From NCBI GenBank assembly GCA_023213395.1, contig CM041465.1, positions 102,059,741 through 102,123,740 of the forward strand: a stretch of DNA of 64,000 nt. The letters are read 5' to 3'. The notes below the pieces were generated by a model, which did no database searches, was not told where the DNA came from, and saw only the letters and a program-made list of their open reading frames with translations. Position numbers and translations under genes: made by a program. This document shows, piece after piece, positions 50,510 to 64,000 of the stretch (position 1 is the first letter of the stretch; each line of letters starts with the position of its first letter). This DNA comes from Cycas panzhihuaensis (lineage: Eukaryota > Plantae > Cycadophyta).

Positions 50510-51400
50510 TGATACCGCGTTGTCATCAAGGGATTCTTTGGTTAAGGGCTAGTAAATTGCAAATCAAATTTGATTGCAAAATTTGAAAACCCTAGGTGAA
50601 AAATATTAGTTTTAAAACTCCAGATACGGTGAATGCACCAGAAATATTTTCCACTAGTTTCCTGTGTGTCCGTTTGCCTTCTCCCCTGTAAGGAGTTATT
50701 TCGAGTCCAATAGCCTTGGCACCTTCCTTCCGAGCTCTTGACCTGTCTGGTAGTATTTCTTTTGGTATTTGAGACCTCCGTCGTGTCCATCCATAGAACT
50801 ATGTTCTTCACCGTGGGCGTATTCACCCTCTACAACCAGGTGTCTTGAGCGGATGGCTTTCTCGTGTTCGAGTCTCTAGGGTTTGCCGGTGGACGCATTT
50901 GCAGTGACTCTCTGTGACGGTTGCAGGTCTGTCGATGTGCCATGGCCAAACCCTGCTTGTGTGGTGCTTCCTTGACCGTCGGCATTCGTTGCACGTTGCA
51001 ACCTTGAACGGTATAGTGCTCTTCCTCACCGTTGTTCGGCCTTCTCCATGTTGTTTGTGGCATTTTTTCTGATTTTTCTTCTTTTGGTGCTTGCCTTGCC
51101 TATTGCAACTGGAATTCTCCGGGGCATCCCTCTGTGTGGCAGGTTCCAGACCACACCTGCGATATTATGTTCTGCCATCGTGTGTCCTTAACCTCTGTCG
51201 TGCTTGGCGCGCCTTGATGTCCTGTTTTGGCTGGCTACTTGCCGTCTAAATATTAACATTATCTGTGGGTCTTCTCTCACCTGCTTTTTCTTGCTGCTCT
51301 ATCCAAGGTGCCTGCACTGCTGTCTGGCTCAGGAGCATGTACCCCTCCTGTTGATTCATTTCATGGGCAATGTATTTACACGCATTCTTATTTCCCCAGC
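50510..51400. other. CpG-retaining, GC-richer island of unknown function with telo-box motifs
   Basis: Many CG dinucleotides compared with depleted flanks; AAACCCTA at ~50587 and TAGGGTTT at ~50877; no recognisable protein. Confidence 0.5.
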
Positions 51401-51603
51401 TTTTTTTTTTTTTTCATTTTTTTTTTGTGTCATACCCTTTTTTTTCTCTTTTTTTCATGTATTTTCTGCCTTTTTATTTTCATATTCTTTTATTTTCTTC
51501 CTCTCGCTAATATTTTTGAATAGCACGTAACAAAAAAATGACATAACATATTTTTTTTAATTGCAGAAATACACTTAATTTAGAGGGCAAAGAGATATTC
51601 AAA

Positions 51604-51638
51604 ACTCTCTCTCTCTCTCTTTCTCTCTCTGTCTCTCT
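51604..51638. repeat. (CT)n microsatellite, after T-rich tract 51401-51500
   Basis: Direct reading. Confidence 0.9.
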
Positions 51639-52071
51639 ATATATTAAAATTTTTTAATTAAAATTTTAATGAATTTAAATATACAACAAATATATTTTTG
51701 TATTTAAATAATAATGATGTTTTTACATATTTTTGTAGCAGTTTTTAAGGGAGAGGTTTCTACATTATAATAAAATATTATTTTTTTATTTTTTTATTTT
51801 ATTAGACATTAAATTTGTTGCATTTGCAAGGTGATTAAACTTACATTTATTGTTGATCTACTTCATTTTTTTCAATAAAATAGTTTCAATAAAATTTGTA
51901 TGCAAATTGTTTTGACTACATGCAATGTATACATAGGTCACTTAGAAGTATTTTTTTGAAACAAAAAAATTCTTAATTTTTCATAAATATTTTCTTGGCT
52001 ATTTGTGTGGAGAAAAAAGACTATTGTACCAATTATATTTAGAGCATAATCCAAGGTGTGAGTAGAACTCT

Positions 52072-52169
52072 GAATTGCAACAAGAAGTGCAAGTAAAATC
52101 TTGGATTGCAACTCGAAGCATAAACAGGATCCAAGGTTGCAACCCAAAGTGCAAGCAAGACCTTGAATT
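52072..52169. repeat. Degenerate 31-bp tandem repeat, ~3 copies (..TTGCAAC...AAGTGCAAG.AA.A.CTT)
   Basis: TTGCAAC recurs at 31-bp spacing. Confidence 0.7.
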
Positions 52170-55100
52170 ACTAGTATGATGGTTGATGTAATTATTATTA
52201 TTGTTAATAAATTGTTATTAATGAGTTAGTTAAAAGTTAAAATGGTTAGGGGGAAAGACTATAAAAGGGGTATTCATATACACAGAAGAGGGTGATGTGT
52301 ATGAAAGTATTATATCTCTCATTCTGAATTGGGTTGAGTGTTCTTCGTAATTGTCTTTTGGGTCTACATTTGACCCTTCTCATGTTAGTGTTGTCCCATT
52401 CTTGGTAATGGAATAGGTTTTGCCTCAATCTCTTATGTATTGTAAGTATGTGACATTGGCGAGGTGATCATTATTCTACTTCTGTGTTTCCTTCTTGCAT
52501 TGATTTCTGTTGGTGACAAATAGAGAGCACACCATATTGCCACTATTAGAGTGGTTTGAATCTTGAAAAAGTTTTGTCAGATATTTGTCCTAATCACTCC
52601 TTTAGTGTGGCAAGGTGATAGCAACAATACACTAAAGAAAATTATTAGGGGGTTATGGAAATATTATGGATAATAAATGATTCTTTTGAGAATGTTCTTT
52701 CTACATATTGTTCATCAATTATACATTGAAGCGAGTATCAATGAATGGCATACAATGGTATTAATGAGAACATTGTGGCTACACAAAAGATTCAGGACCG
52801 TTATGAGATGTGCCAAGATTTGTATGAAGATAAATATATGTAGTGAAGAAGATGAAGGATCCTAATGTCTTTTGTTACACAAATATAAGATGTCTTTGAG
52901 CAAAGAAGAAGATGGCAACACATTAGTATGGTCGTGTAAAATGGGGGAAGCATTTTACTTTTTGGCATAAATGGCAAAGATGACATTGCTTACAATGTCC
53001 ACGCAACACCCACGCTAACAGAGTTTTGTTTGGTCATTTCATGATGTCGAGAGAGGAAGGGAGACGCATTTGGGTATTATCAAAGGACATCGACTAATGA
53101 ATACTTATACCAATACTATGACTTAGATATAAATTAAGAGTATCGTAGTCGTGCAATGCTATGGATAGGTGGTATTATTCTCTGAATTTGAAAGCCAAAA
53201 TTTTAAATTTTAATTGCCGAATGGTGATTGATTTGCTTTTGATTCATCATTTCATGATTTGACTATAGATTTATATATATTTGGTTTTTTATTATGTGGT
53301 TTTTAATTATGGAATGATTGGATGATTGATTATGTATGATCATGATTATGTTATTGTCAATGACTAATACTATAGTGCATTATATACCTTCTACTCAACA
53401 TGAAGCCTACCTTGTCCAAGTCCTCCTATCATTTGATTTTTTGTCTATTGTTTCTCTATTTTTTTGTTGATTTTAGCCTTATTTTAAGTCCTTTATTGGC
53501 TTCAAGTTGTAGTGATTCCGGGCTTATCAGTGTGCTTTTCTACCTTGTATTCTTTAGTAAATTTTTTTTTTTTGAAAAATGTTCAATTTTTTGTTTTCTT
53601 TTACCACTTTTCATTAATTGTATATTTGGTAAGTTCAAAAATATGATTTTATTAATAAAACATGACCATCATGCTTTATTAAGGAAATCAAATTTTTATT
53701 GTGTTATTTGTAAAATACAATAAACGATGCTAATTTCCATAATTTTCTTAGTCCTAACCATCTAAAATCAAAGTAATGTGTTGCCTTACCTACCATAATT
53801 GCATCTTAATCTTCCATGTCCTCTCCATGCAAAGATTTTGATAGTAGAAGTTAATTAATACATGGTCAAAAACCATAACATGATTTTTGATCTTCTTTAT
53901 TCTTCAATTTGAATAAATCTTAATGATTTTTTTGAGTTGGGGGCAATTGGAGAGTCCTTTGAAGAGTTCTTGGAGAGTCCTTTGAGAGTTCTTTTGAGAT
54001 ATTTCTGAAGTGAGTTTATGCTACCAAATTTTTATGAGATCTTGCTTGTGTTTTTCCCTCTTGTTTAAGACTTGATTGAAGATCTATCTTCATGAGAATT
54101 TGTTGGTCCTGTTATGAGGACTAAATGGCTATATTTACCTTATTTCTTGCTTAGTGCTTAAGTCTAACCTCTCATTCATCCATTGAGATATGTCTCTTAT
54201 AGTTTTTATCACTTTTGCTTGTGTCTACCATTCTCTCTATCAACATTTTTATCATCATTCTTGTTATTCTCATGGCTTGTTGGACTTGATGGTGAAGTGT
54301 TGAGTAGAAGTAAGGCATTATTTTGAGGCATAGTTTCCTAGTTTGATAAGCTTTGAGGTAATTTTATTTAGATTGGTTTATGGTTTTTATTTTAAGTCAA
54401 TATATGGTTTGTTTTAAGTTTATTTGGAAAAAATACAAAATAGAAATATATTTTTTTATTTTTAAATTTCATTATTATCGAAATTTAGTGGTTTTATTGA
54501 ATATTTTTTAGTGATAAAGCTTAAGATCAAATCATATTTGCTTTCTAAGGTAATATCTTGTTATTTAAGTTGTCAAAAGGTTATTTTCAGAAATTGAACT
54601 GGTTTTAGTTCTTGGTTATAATCATTTTTTAAGCAATCACACCCTTTTTGTTTGCGCTTTCACACAAATCTTAATAAGTTTGGCCTTACTAAGGGTTAGA
54701 ATATCACATTCTAAATTTCTCTTTTATATACAAAGTTTATATTATGCTACATGCTTGTTGTGATTATCTTAATTGATTTATAAACTTGCATACGAGAATT
54801 GCTTCTCTTGAATTGACTATTGCAATATCTATGTTATGTTCTCTTTGTTAATAAGCATCATCTTAATACAAAGAATCATTGAAAAGAAGTGAAGTATTTT
54901 GGTTGTAAGATTCATTACACAGTACACATCTTTTACCTTAATACTTATAATTTCATTTCTTGGTTTCAAGATTTTATAAAAAAGAAAAAAGGGAAAATGA
55001 AAGCAAAGTGAATATTTCTTTTCTCTATCAAGTGTTTGTTTTGTTTGTCTTTTTTTGTTTTGTTTATATATACACGAAAAGAATAGACTTTAGAAGGCTT

Positions 55101-55647
55101 GATCTTATAGGTCTTAGGTTTAGACTTGTAATTGTCTAATTACTTATTTCTTTATTTTTTTATATTCTATTGAGTACATTTAAATAGATAGAAAAAGAAA
55201 ATGAAAGAGTAGGTGATAAGATAAATATAAATACACTTTAGGCACGTAGGCCTCCTTTGTCTCTTGTGGTTCTTTTGTTTATTTTAGAGCATCTAATAAA
55301 AAACACAGAAGTGAAAAGAGAAGGAATTGCATGCTTATATATCATATAGTTTGATTGATTGCATGAATATTCTATGTTGTATTCATACAAATTAAGAGTG
55401 CATGCTTGCTCTTGCATATAGGCTTGACTTGTTGATACTTTGTTTTGTTTAAGTAGATTTAGATCTATTTCTCTTATATGCATGTAAATAATTTCAAGCC
55501 TTATATTAATGTAATTCCTTAATTATAGAACCCATTCACAAGTAGACAAAGACTCCTTCTTACGAGTTGGTTAAAAAGACTTGCTCCTTTAGACTAGTCA
55601 CCTTAGTTATTAGAAAGTGATTGGTCCTAAGTCAACAAACGATTTTT

Positions 55648-55665
55648 TGGTGACCATACTGGAGA
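55648..55665 (+). promoter_or_regulatory. PBS of element C (TGGTGACCATACTGGAGA)
   Basis: Begins TGG after a T-rich spacer, upstream of gag; similar to the B PBS. Confidence 0.55.
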
Positions 55666-55796
55666 AATTATTAAAACTTCCTATTTACATGTCTTAAACT
55701 TACAACTTTCACCTTTATTTATAATTTTTGGGGACATAATTCCACTTGCTTTTATCTTTCTCAGGTTTTTATTGCTACTTTAGTATCTTTGTTTCA

Positions 55797-58700
55797 ATGG
55801 AGATCCCTCGTTATACTTAACTTAAAAGATCTTTAAGATAACAGGGCCTCCCTCTTGAATATGCCTACCATCAAGAACCTATCGACCAAGATGATTGCCC
55901 AACTCATGAAGATTATTTTGAACACTAAGGATATGAGACACATTTATTCTCTTGAAGAATCTATTAATTTATATGAAGTCTTTATTGAGTAGGTTTATCT
56001 TGATTATTCTCAAACACACTTAGTGAATCCATCTTTCCTTGCCTCTTCTATCGGTTAAGAAGAAGGTTAAGCCGTTAATGTTATTCATTTGTGTTATGGA
56101 CATGTGCTTACTAGGATCACTTCTCCTGTCTCTATCCATGATTACCAAGACCCATTCCATCCAGATATTCATACTATGGTGGCATCCTCACATTTAGTTC
56201 TTGAACAACACTAAGAACAATCCCATCCTCTTACATAAGAGCACAATTTTTTATAAGATGATCGACCTCACATAACCAACATTCCATCTTTTTCTTCTCC
56301 TTCTTATCCTCCCACTCCTAAGGCACCTCTTATCCCACTTGATGAGATAGGGGATATTAGGTCAATTCGTTCCCAACTTCATGTGTTGGTTAATCCCATA
56401 TGAAGAGGAACTCATGTTCCTCCTGTCTCATCAGTTTCTAATGACATCTCGCTTGTGAGTTCTACTTAAGAGCATCATCTTACTTTGGACATCTACATTA
56501 AGCCTCTACCTCTTGTTAATCGAGCAAAGGACCCTCCCTTATATAAAAGTACCCTTATTCCATTTCACAAGTTCCACTATTTGGCGGATCCCTTCCTTCT
56601 CATGCTACTTCCTTTTCTAGCTAGAGAAACCCTCATCCTTTACCTTACCAAAGTATAGCATATAATGTTAGACCACTTCCTTCCCCTTCTCACAAGGGAT
56701 TGGTGCCTTCAACACCTCTGTATCCTATATATAACATTTACACTAATGTTCAAGGTATACAAGGTAGCTCCCATACACATGTTACCTTTGGCCAAGATAC
56801 ATATCAGTAATAGATCCACAGATCTGTAAAGGGACCTACGTCATCCTTTACTCTTAGATCTCACAACCCTTATCCTTCTTATCCACAACATACAATACCT
56901 CCCCTTCAATATATAACTCTTTAATTCAATAATATTTTTTTCTGCAAACAAGTGCTAATCTTAATCCTATTGTGTGGTTTATTCCTACTCATCTTCCTCC
57001 TTTTCCTCCCTCTCATTATGATCAATCTTCACCTAAAACTTCCTTACGCTATCAATAATCTCCTCCTCAACGCCCTTTTACATTGATACCTAGGAGACCT
57101 TTTGTTAATTATATGAGGTCCCCTTTTTCATAAAAGGTCTTTCTATCCTCCATGCCTCTATTTTTGCCTGAGTTACTAAAGTTTTCAGGTGAACATTCCC
57201 AAGATCCTGTTTCATATATGTAAGCTTTTGCACTTGCATGTGTTGATTTCCTTCCATATGACCATGTTATGATGAAATTATTTTTTAAATCACTTCAAAA
57301 TGTTGCTTTGAAGTGGTTTTATCATCTTCCATCTGCCTCAATATTTTTTTTCCAACAATTAGTTGACTCTTTCATTAGTTATTTTGATGTTGCCAAACCT
57401 TTTGAAACAAGAATTAAGTCTTTATTATCTATTAAGCAAAATCATGACGAATTATCTTGTGATTTTATTAAGAGATTTTAAGACTTAGTGTATGCTTGCC
57501 ACTCCCCTCTTGACTTAAGTCTTCTCTTCAATGTCTTCACCAATTCCTTAAGACTTTATATTCATCTTGAAGTTCGTAAGTTTGGTCCTCAAACTTATGA
57601 AAAGGTCATAGATAAATGCTTAGTCCTTGAAGCCTTTGAGATCCAAGCTGGTATTAAGAAGATTGGCAAGCCTACTCTGACAAAAGAGTCCACCAATAAC
57701 TAAGCCTAGTCTCAATGGCCAAATATATGACCATCTCACATCTTCTATTAGGGCACCTGAGTACACCATTAATACTAAGTTGCGCATTTAAAATCCTTCT
57801 ACTAATGAACACAAACAAGAAACTAAGATTATTCATGTTACTGAACAAAAAAAAATATTAGAATCCTCCTCCTCTACCTCTAATGAAGAAGACTCCTTAG
57901 TAATCGTGTCATCAAGTTGTCACTTATGATAGGAACCAGTGTTAGGTAGTCCAAGTCATAAGTTAAAAGACTCAAACTCTTAACAACTTTATATCAAAAC
58001 TGAATTAAGAGCAACTAATTCATAAAGATTCATTACCCGAACATGATTCTAAAGATGTTAAACATAAGAATAAAGGCAAAACTAAGCAAGATGAAATAAG
58101 TGATGATGAGAGTACATGCTTTAACCCAAATAAGAAGTGTACCACTTTGCCTAATGCGAGTGGTAAACAAATTAACAATAAAAACCAACCATTTTTCAAA
58201 GGTGGTGAAACTAAGAGAACGACTAATATGGTCAAGGTTACAAAGAACTTAGGTGTAACCAAAACCTCTAATGATTTGTTTGTTAAGAATCCTGATTCTT
58301 TACCTCTTATTTCCCCTCAACCTATTCGTTTAAGGTCCATTCATTTTACTTTAAATGATGGATTTTTCTCTTTAATTGATGAATTGAAGACCATTCCTGC
58401 TAGTATTTCAATGAACTTGTTGAGGAGTTATCTTGAGCAACGCCAACTTTGACGTGATGCTTTGGGGGTTCTAATCTCCAACTCCCCATCAAGTCTTACT
58501 CTCTTGTTTGATTCATCTACCTTGCCTAATCAAACAAAACATAGCCCTATTGACATTCCTCTATTTTACATTGAAATATGTAAAGATGACATCAACATTC
58601 AGTGAGTTATTATTGATGAAGGTTTATTAGTGAACATAATTCTTTTTCATTTCGTTGAATATCTAGAAATTGTTGCTTTTGAACCTTATGAATGGATATG

Positions 58701-61700
58701 TCAGGGTTATGACAAGAACCAAAAGATTCCTTAGACAGGCTACTCTCCCTCTTACTTTAGAAGGGAAGATAGTGCTGGTCAACCTTACCATTATAAATTT
58801 GGATTTAGGATATAATATTCTCCTAGGTTGGCCATGGATTAACTGAATGTCTGTTGTTTGCTCTTCACTTTTTGGTGAACTCTAGTTTTTTCATGAGGGA
58901 GAATTGAAGATTGTAAAGCGAAGGTATAGGCCTGTAAAACAATCAGTCCCATTAGTAGAAATTATCTTAGAACCAAGAGAATCTTCTAACTCTTCTGAAT
59001 ATTTCTTTTAATCTTTAGGTCTAGGATAATATTTTGCTATTGAGACTCCTTCAACATTAGATTGTAAAGCGAAGGTATAGGCCTGTAAAACAATCAGTCC
59101 CATTAGTAGAAATTATCTTAGAACCAAGAGAATCTTCTAACTCTTCTGAATATTTCTTTTAATCTTTAGGTCTAGGATAATATTTTGCTATTGAGACTCC
59201 TTCAACATTTGAGCAAGAAATTAAGGGGGTAAACATGATTGACATCATACCTTCAAAGGAAAACTCTTCACTTTTCCATAGTAATGTGAAGTTTTTTCAA
59301 TCCACTGTAGAACCTTTTCCACTTCTCCTTTGAGGGAAACGACGATTGATGATGATAATGAGACCCTAGATGAATCTCTATCATCTCAAGAGATCATTCT
59401 TTTGGTTTCACCTTTTGATTAGTAGGAAATATGCACCCTATGTTTGTGCCTTACTAGTAATGATCCCAACATTGTTGTATCTATTACTCGCCCATATGGG
59501 CGAGCACCCTTGTCTTATAACTCTATACTATCGTCTAGTAAAGTCGCATATCGTCAGTGTCCTTTTTAAGTTGCTTAGCTTAATCAACATGGAAAGAAGC
59601 TTCTATTACATAGACATCTTAGTATTTCATCTCGAGAAGGTGAAATATCCTCATTATGTATCTCATCTAGATTTAAGTTCAACACATTCAAGGGAAATTA
59701 AGGAGTAAATATGATTACCACAATCTCTTTTCCTTCTTAAAAATCTTTTAGGAGGATATTCTATCATCTTTCATCCTCATATCTCCTACTGCAAGTAATC
59801 TCACAATTGATGAACTCAGTTTTCATCAAATCATACATTTAGATTGGGAACTTCCCAATCAACCTAGTCCTTTTTTGCAAATACCCGTAATAATAGACAT
59901 CTTGTTGAATTGGGATTACCACTTTCTTGTAAAGACCTTTTTTTCTAACTCATTCCATCATTCTCAATCTTGAACTGAAAATTCTATCTTTAACGATCTC
60001 TATCACCTAGACCATTTTGAAAATTATGAGGTAATTGTAGAACACTTGGTTGGAGTTTCACCTAACCTCCCTCCTAATTACCATAAGCTTGGCTTTGGTA
60101 AGTAGTTACATCCTAACTCACTTTTAGTTGACCCTCATCAATCTTCAAATAATCCTATATCATTTGCAAGTCTTGCTCCTCCTCATTTTAAGGAGGGAAA
60201 TCCCATGCTTATAAGTGAAACCACTGACATTGATTTGGAGGTAAATGAAACTCCAAAGATAATTAAAGCTGGGGCAAATTGCTCCCTTGAAGAAGTGAGA
60301 TAATTAAGGGAGCTCTTTCGTGAGTTTATCTCAATCTTTTCTTGGAATTATAGCGATATGTAGGATCTCCACCCTGACATTGTCGTTCATAATATCTCTA
60401 TAATTTTAGGGGCTAAGCCTAAAAGGCAAAAATAAAGACCCATTCATCCTCACCTATCAATTGCTATTAAACAAGAAGTCAAGAAACTTTCAAAAGCGGG
60501 GTTCATAAAAAACATTGATTATTTATAATGGGTTTCCAACATATATCTCGTGGTAAAAAAAAAAAGGTTCTATTTGGATATGTATCGACTTTCGTCACAT
60601 TAATGATGATTGTCCCAAAGATAACTTTCCCCTCCCATTTTTATATCAAATTTGGGACCAAACTGTTGGTTTTAAAGTTATGACCCTTATGGACAGTTTT
60701 CTAGGTTCTAATTAAATTCTTATCTCTCCTGAAGATCATCATAAGATTGCTTTCACCATGCTATAGGGAACTTTTGCATACAAGGTTATGTCATTTGGCC
60801 TTAAAATTACTGGAGCCACTTATTAGCGAGCCATGATGTTTATTTTTCATGACCATATTAGCGTTATAATAGCTGTTTATTTAAATGATATGCTTGCCTT
60901 GTCACATTATCATAGAGATCATATTCTAGATTTTTTCGAAAGATACCGTAAGTTTTGTCTTTGCCTCAATCCAACTAAGTGTGTGTTTGTAGTTACTTCA
61001 AGAAGGATATTAGGGAATATAGTCTCTTGTGACAATATCAGGGTAGACACTAAGAAGGTAAAAGCCATTACTGAAATGCCACCTCCGCACACACAAAAAC
61101 AAGTTAAATCATCTCTTTGTAAATTAGGCTTCCTATGATATTTCATAACAGATTTTGTGTTAAATGCCACACACCTTACTAACTTACTAAAAAAGGGGGT
61201 TTTTCTTACTTGGGCTCCACCTGTTCTTTTGATAAATTAAAATAGGCAATAATCTCTACCCCTATGCTCGCTCCTCCCATTTTTGATAAGTCGTTTATCT
61301 TATACACATCTTCCATAGAAGAGTACTTAGCGGGCATGCTTGCTTAAGAAGATACATTTGGAAAAGAGCAAACCATTTATTTTATAAGTAGGACACTTGT
61401 TTCGACTAAGCTCAATTATTCACCTACTAAGAAAGAGTATCTTTTGCTAGTGTTTGCCACTAAGAAGTTGTGCCATTATCTTCTCAACAACATTGCCTTT
61501 CTTATTGTCCAATTTGACCCCACTCAATACCTACTTACTAGGAGTGATCTTATTGGGAGAGTGGGCAAATGGGCTCTTCTTTTATAAGAATTTAATTTCC
61601 AATAGTCAATCGAAAATCCAAGAAAGGTATGGTGGTTGCTGAAATGATAGCAGAAGCTCTCTTACCTAATTCCTCTAATGAATTTATTGATGATAGATTT

Positions 61701-62800
61701 CTTGATGAATATATTCTTCAAATAAAAATTGTTCTATTAGAAGAAGTTTGGTATAAGAAAATTAAATCCTATCTCTTAAACCAAACTTTCCCCTCTTCTT
61801 CCTCTTCGAAAAAGAGGAGAATTAGAGTTATCGTCTGACAATATCTTGTTGTAGATGACGTTCTATATAAATGTTCATTTGATGGAGTTCGATTATGGTG
61901 CCTTTCCTCTACCGAGGCTTAAACTACCTTAGCCAAATGCCATGACGCTATTTATGGAGACCATTTTGGTGGTCAATCCATAGCCTAACGTATCCTACGA
62001 ATAGGATACTACTGGCCATTATTGTGTAAGGATGCTCATGCATACACTCAAAAGTATGAGAAGTGTCAATCTCATGTTGCTCTTATACATCAACTTGTTT
62101 AAGCCCTTAACTTCATCGTGTCGCCTTGGCCATTTTCTCAATGGGGACTTGACCTCATAGATCAAAACTTTTCCCCATCCTTAGGTGGTCATAAATTCAT
62201 TTAAATTACCACTAAGTATTTTACAAAATGGAGTGAAGCCATTCCCCTAGTCTTTGCTACTAGTAAGGTTGTCGTTACTTTTATTTTTCAGTAAGAGTCA
62301 TACTAAGAGTTTCAGATGTTACTATTACTGACAATGGAACTCCATTTTGTAATTTCGAAGTAGTACAATTATGTGAGAAATTTCATATTACTTATCGACT
62401 CTTAGCTCTCTACCACCCTCAAGCTAATGGAGAAGTTGAAGCTTTTAATAAAACATTAGCTAAGATTTTGGCTAAGACACGATTGGCATGTTCAGTTGTT
62501 CCCTACATTATGGGCTTATCGTACTTATGTTAGGAACATAATTGGGATGATACATTTCTCTTTAGTATACGAAGGTAAGGCTATTTTGCCTTTAGAGATT
62601 GAAATACCATTTTTATGTGTATATTTGAAAGATTTTACTAACGAAGAATTTTAAAGAGAAGCTCATCTTTTAGAGTTGGAGAAAATGGATGAAACACACT
62701 TAGCCACTCTTCAAAATAACTTTACTTTAAAAACTAGAGCTCAGCTAGCCCATGATAGATAATTAAGACCTCATAAATTTTGCATCAAAGACAAGGTATT
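55797..62800 (+). pseudogene. gag-pol of C
   Basis: ALKWFYHLP; YNILLGWPWI; CPKDNFPLP; AVYLNDML; LNPTKCVF; IYFISRTL; GYYWP; WPFSQWGLDLI; TDNGTPF; YHPQANG; LWAYRT. Confidence 0.9.
58908..59209. repeat. Perfect 151-bp tandem duplication
   Basis: 58908-59058 identical to 59059-59209 by eye. Confidence 0.95.
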
Positions 62801-64000
62801 TGTTAAAGATAATGTTTTATCTAGGACATTAAGTTATAAATTAAAGAGAGTTGTGTTATTCCCTCTTCTTTGCAACAGTGACAAGTGACAGACAAGTGAC
62901 TTATATGTAGTAAGCGGTTACAATTCATTTGACATATTTATAGAGAGCTCATCTTTCGCATAATCAATAAACTTTCTTTGTTATGAATAGAATTCTTTCA
63001 TGGTATTAAAGCAGACAGTCTGATTAGGGTTTTTGAAGTCAGAAATAGTCTACTGTTTTATGTTTGGTTAAGTCCTTAGAGGAGTTTATGAAGACAGACA
63101 AAGAAGTGTCTTTTCTTAGAGAAGTTTGTAAAGATAAATGCAGAAACAAAGAAAATTTGCAATTAAACAACTGTGTATAGATGATGTACAAGCTTGTACA
63201 GACATAAAAAATTTGAAGTGCGCAGATCTTGCTAAAAATTTACCAGTAGGTGTGCCTTAGTATGTTATTTTCTTTAAAAGGATTGATTACAAACAAGTTC
63301 GTCTTCAAGAAGTTTTGCCCTATTTTTACTAGGCACAAGTTTTGAAGTTCTACTATAGATTTCTAATTCTTTGCTCTATCGTTCTGGGTAATACCAGTCA
63401 CGATCTCTTCCCTTATTAATTGTGCTTCATTTAAATATGATATCGAAGATCTTAGCTGAGTTTTTTGCAAGCTATAAGCATTTTTCTCCAAAAACCCTAG
63501 CGTACTTTTTATTTTTCGACTCAAATTCTGAGCAAATTGAACTTGATCTCCCCAAGCATTTTATATATTCAAAAACCTTGTTTCAAGATCTTTCTTTTGC
63601 ACATACTTTTATTCTCATTTGTATAACTATCCTTTTGTATGAAATTATGTATAGTTGTATGACCAACTTGTTAAAAGCTCTGAAAAGCCTTTTGATACCT
63701 TCAGACTCATTTACTGAAATGGTGTCCTCCATTCTTGCTTTGAATGATGAAGATAAATTGACTGAAATGAGCTATTTTGCGTGGAAAATTAAGGTTGAAA
63801 CCTTGTTGAGGACAAAGAATGCTTAGAATATAGCCACAGGGAGAGGAAAAAGGCCGAACGATGTCTCTGATCAACCCATCTGAGATGAAAGAAATAATTT
63901 AGGGGTAATAATTTTGAAATTATCCATCTTAGATCTTATTTTAGTATATGTTAAAGGGTTGAACTCTTGTGAAGATATTTGGAAAGTGTTTGCCAATCTC
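62801..64000 (+). mobile_element. Element I: Ty1/copia element related to H, 5' part
   Basis: 200-bp LTR 62801-63000 (TG...CA) similar to the H LTR; PBS TGGTATTAAAGC 63001-63012; gag from 63719 MVSSILALNDEDKLTEMSYFAWKIKVETLLRTKNA similar to H gag. Confidence 0.88.

Larger units (their letters stand above)
53189..62800 (+). mobile_element. Element C: degenerate Tat-like Ty3/gypsy element of the B family, interrupted by Copia I
   Basis: Putative LTR ~53189-55640, PBS 55648-55665, gag from 55797, PR ~58550-58900, RT ~60350-61200, RH ~61250-61650, INT ~61750-62800. Confidence 0.85.

Noticed and set aside
50542-51530. Short overlapping ORFs in the CpG island as protein genes
   Set aside because: Several frames on both strands, none with a recognisable motif; the Phe-rich tails derive from T tracts
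52400-53160. Possible degraded coding sequence
   Set aside because: No identifiable motif in the frames read; left unannotated

Overview
Plant nuclear heterochromatin-type sequence made almost entirely of nested LTR retrotransposons. No intact host protein gene, rRNA, tRNA or CRISPR array is visible. The host is probably a large-genome seed plant such as a gymnosperm (inferred from the Tat domain order). Left to right: (A) a young, CpG-rich Tat-like Ty3/gypsy element (<1-3837, minus) with an uninterrupted gag ORF running off the window. It is inserted in the 3' tandem-repeat array of (B), an old Tat-like element (3838-16355, minus) that has lost RT/RH/INT but keeps a 3' archaeal-type RNase H and an antisense, apparently intron-containing PMD-like ORF. 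B sits inside an old A-family LTR (16356-19235). Next is a plus-strand Copia (D, ~21.6-28.8 kb) with a TRIM-like double-PBS head, fused tail-to-tail to a minus-strand Copia (E, 28.8-49.1 kb). E hosts an internally deleted Copia (F, 29608-33856) and a chromodomain-bearing CRM chromovirus (G, 36198-47414), and G hosts a full-length Copia (H, 40955-46186). After these come a CpG-retaining island not assignable to any TE (50.5-51.4 kb) and a plus-strand B-family Tat element (C, ~53189-62800) interrupted by an H-like Copia (I, 62801->64000). Except for A, all coding regions are riddled with C>T/G>A stop codons. Most ORFs in the supplied track are TE fragments or spurious antisense frames. All boundaries and alignments were read by eye.
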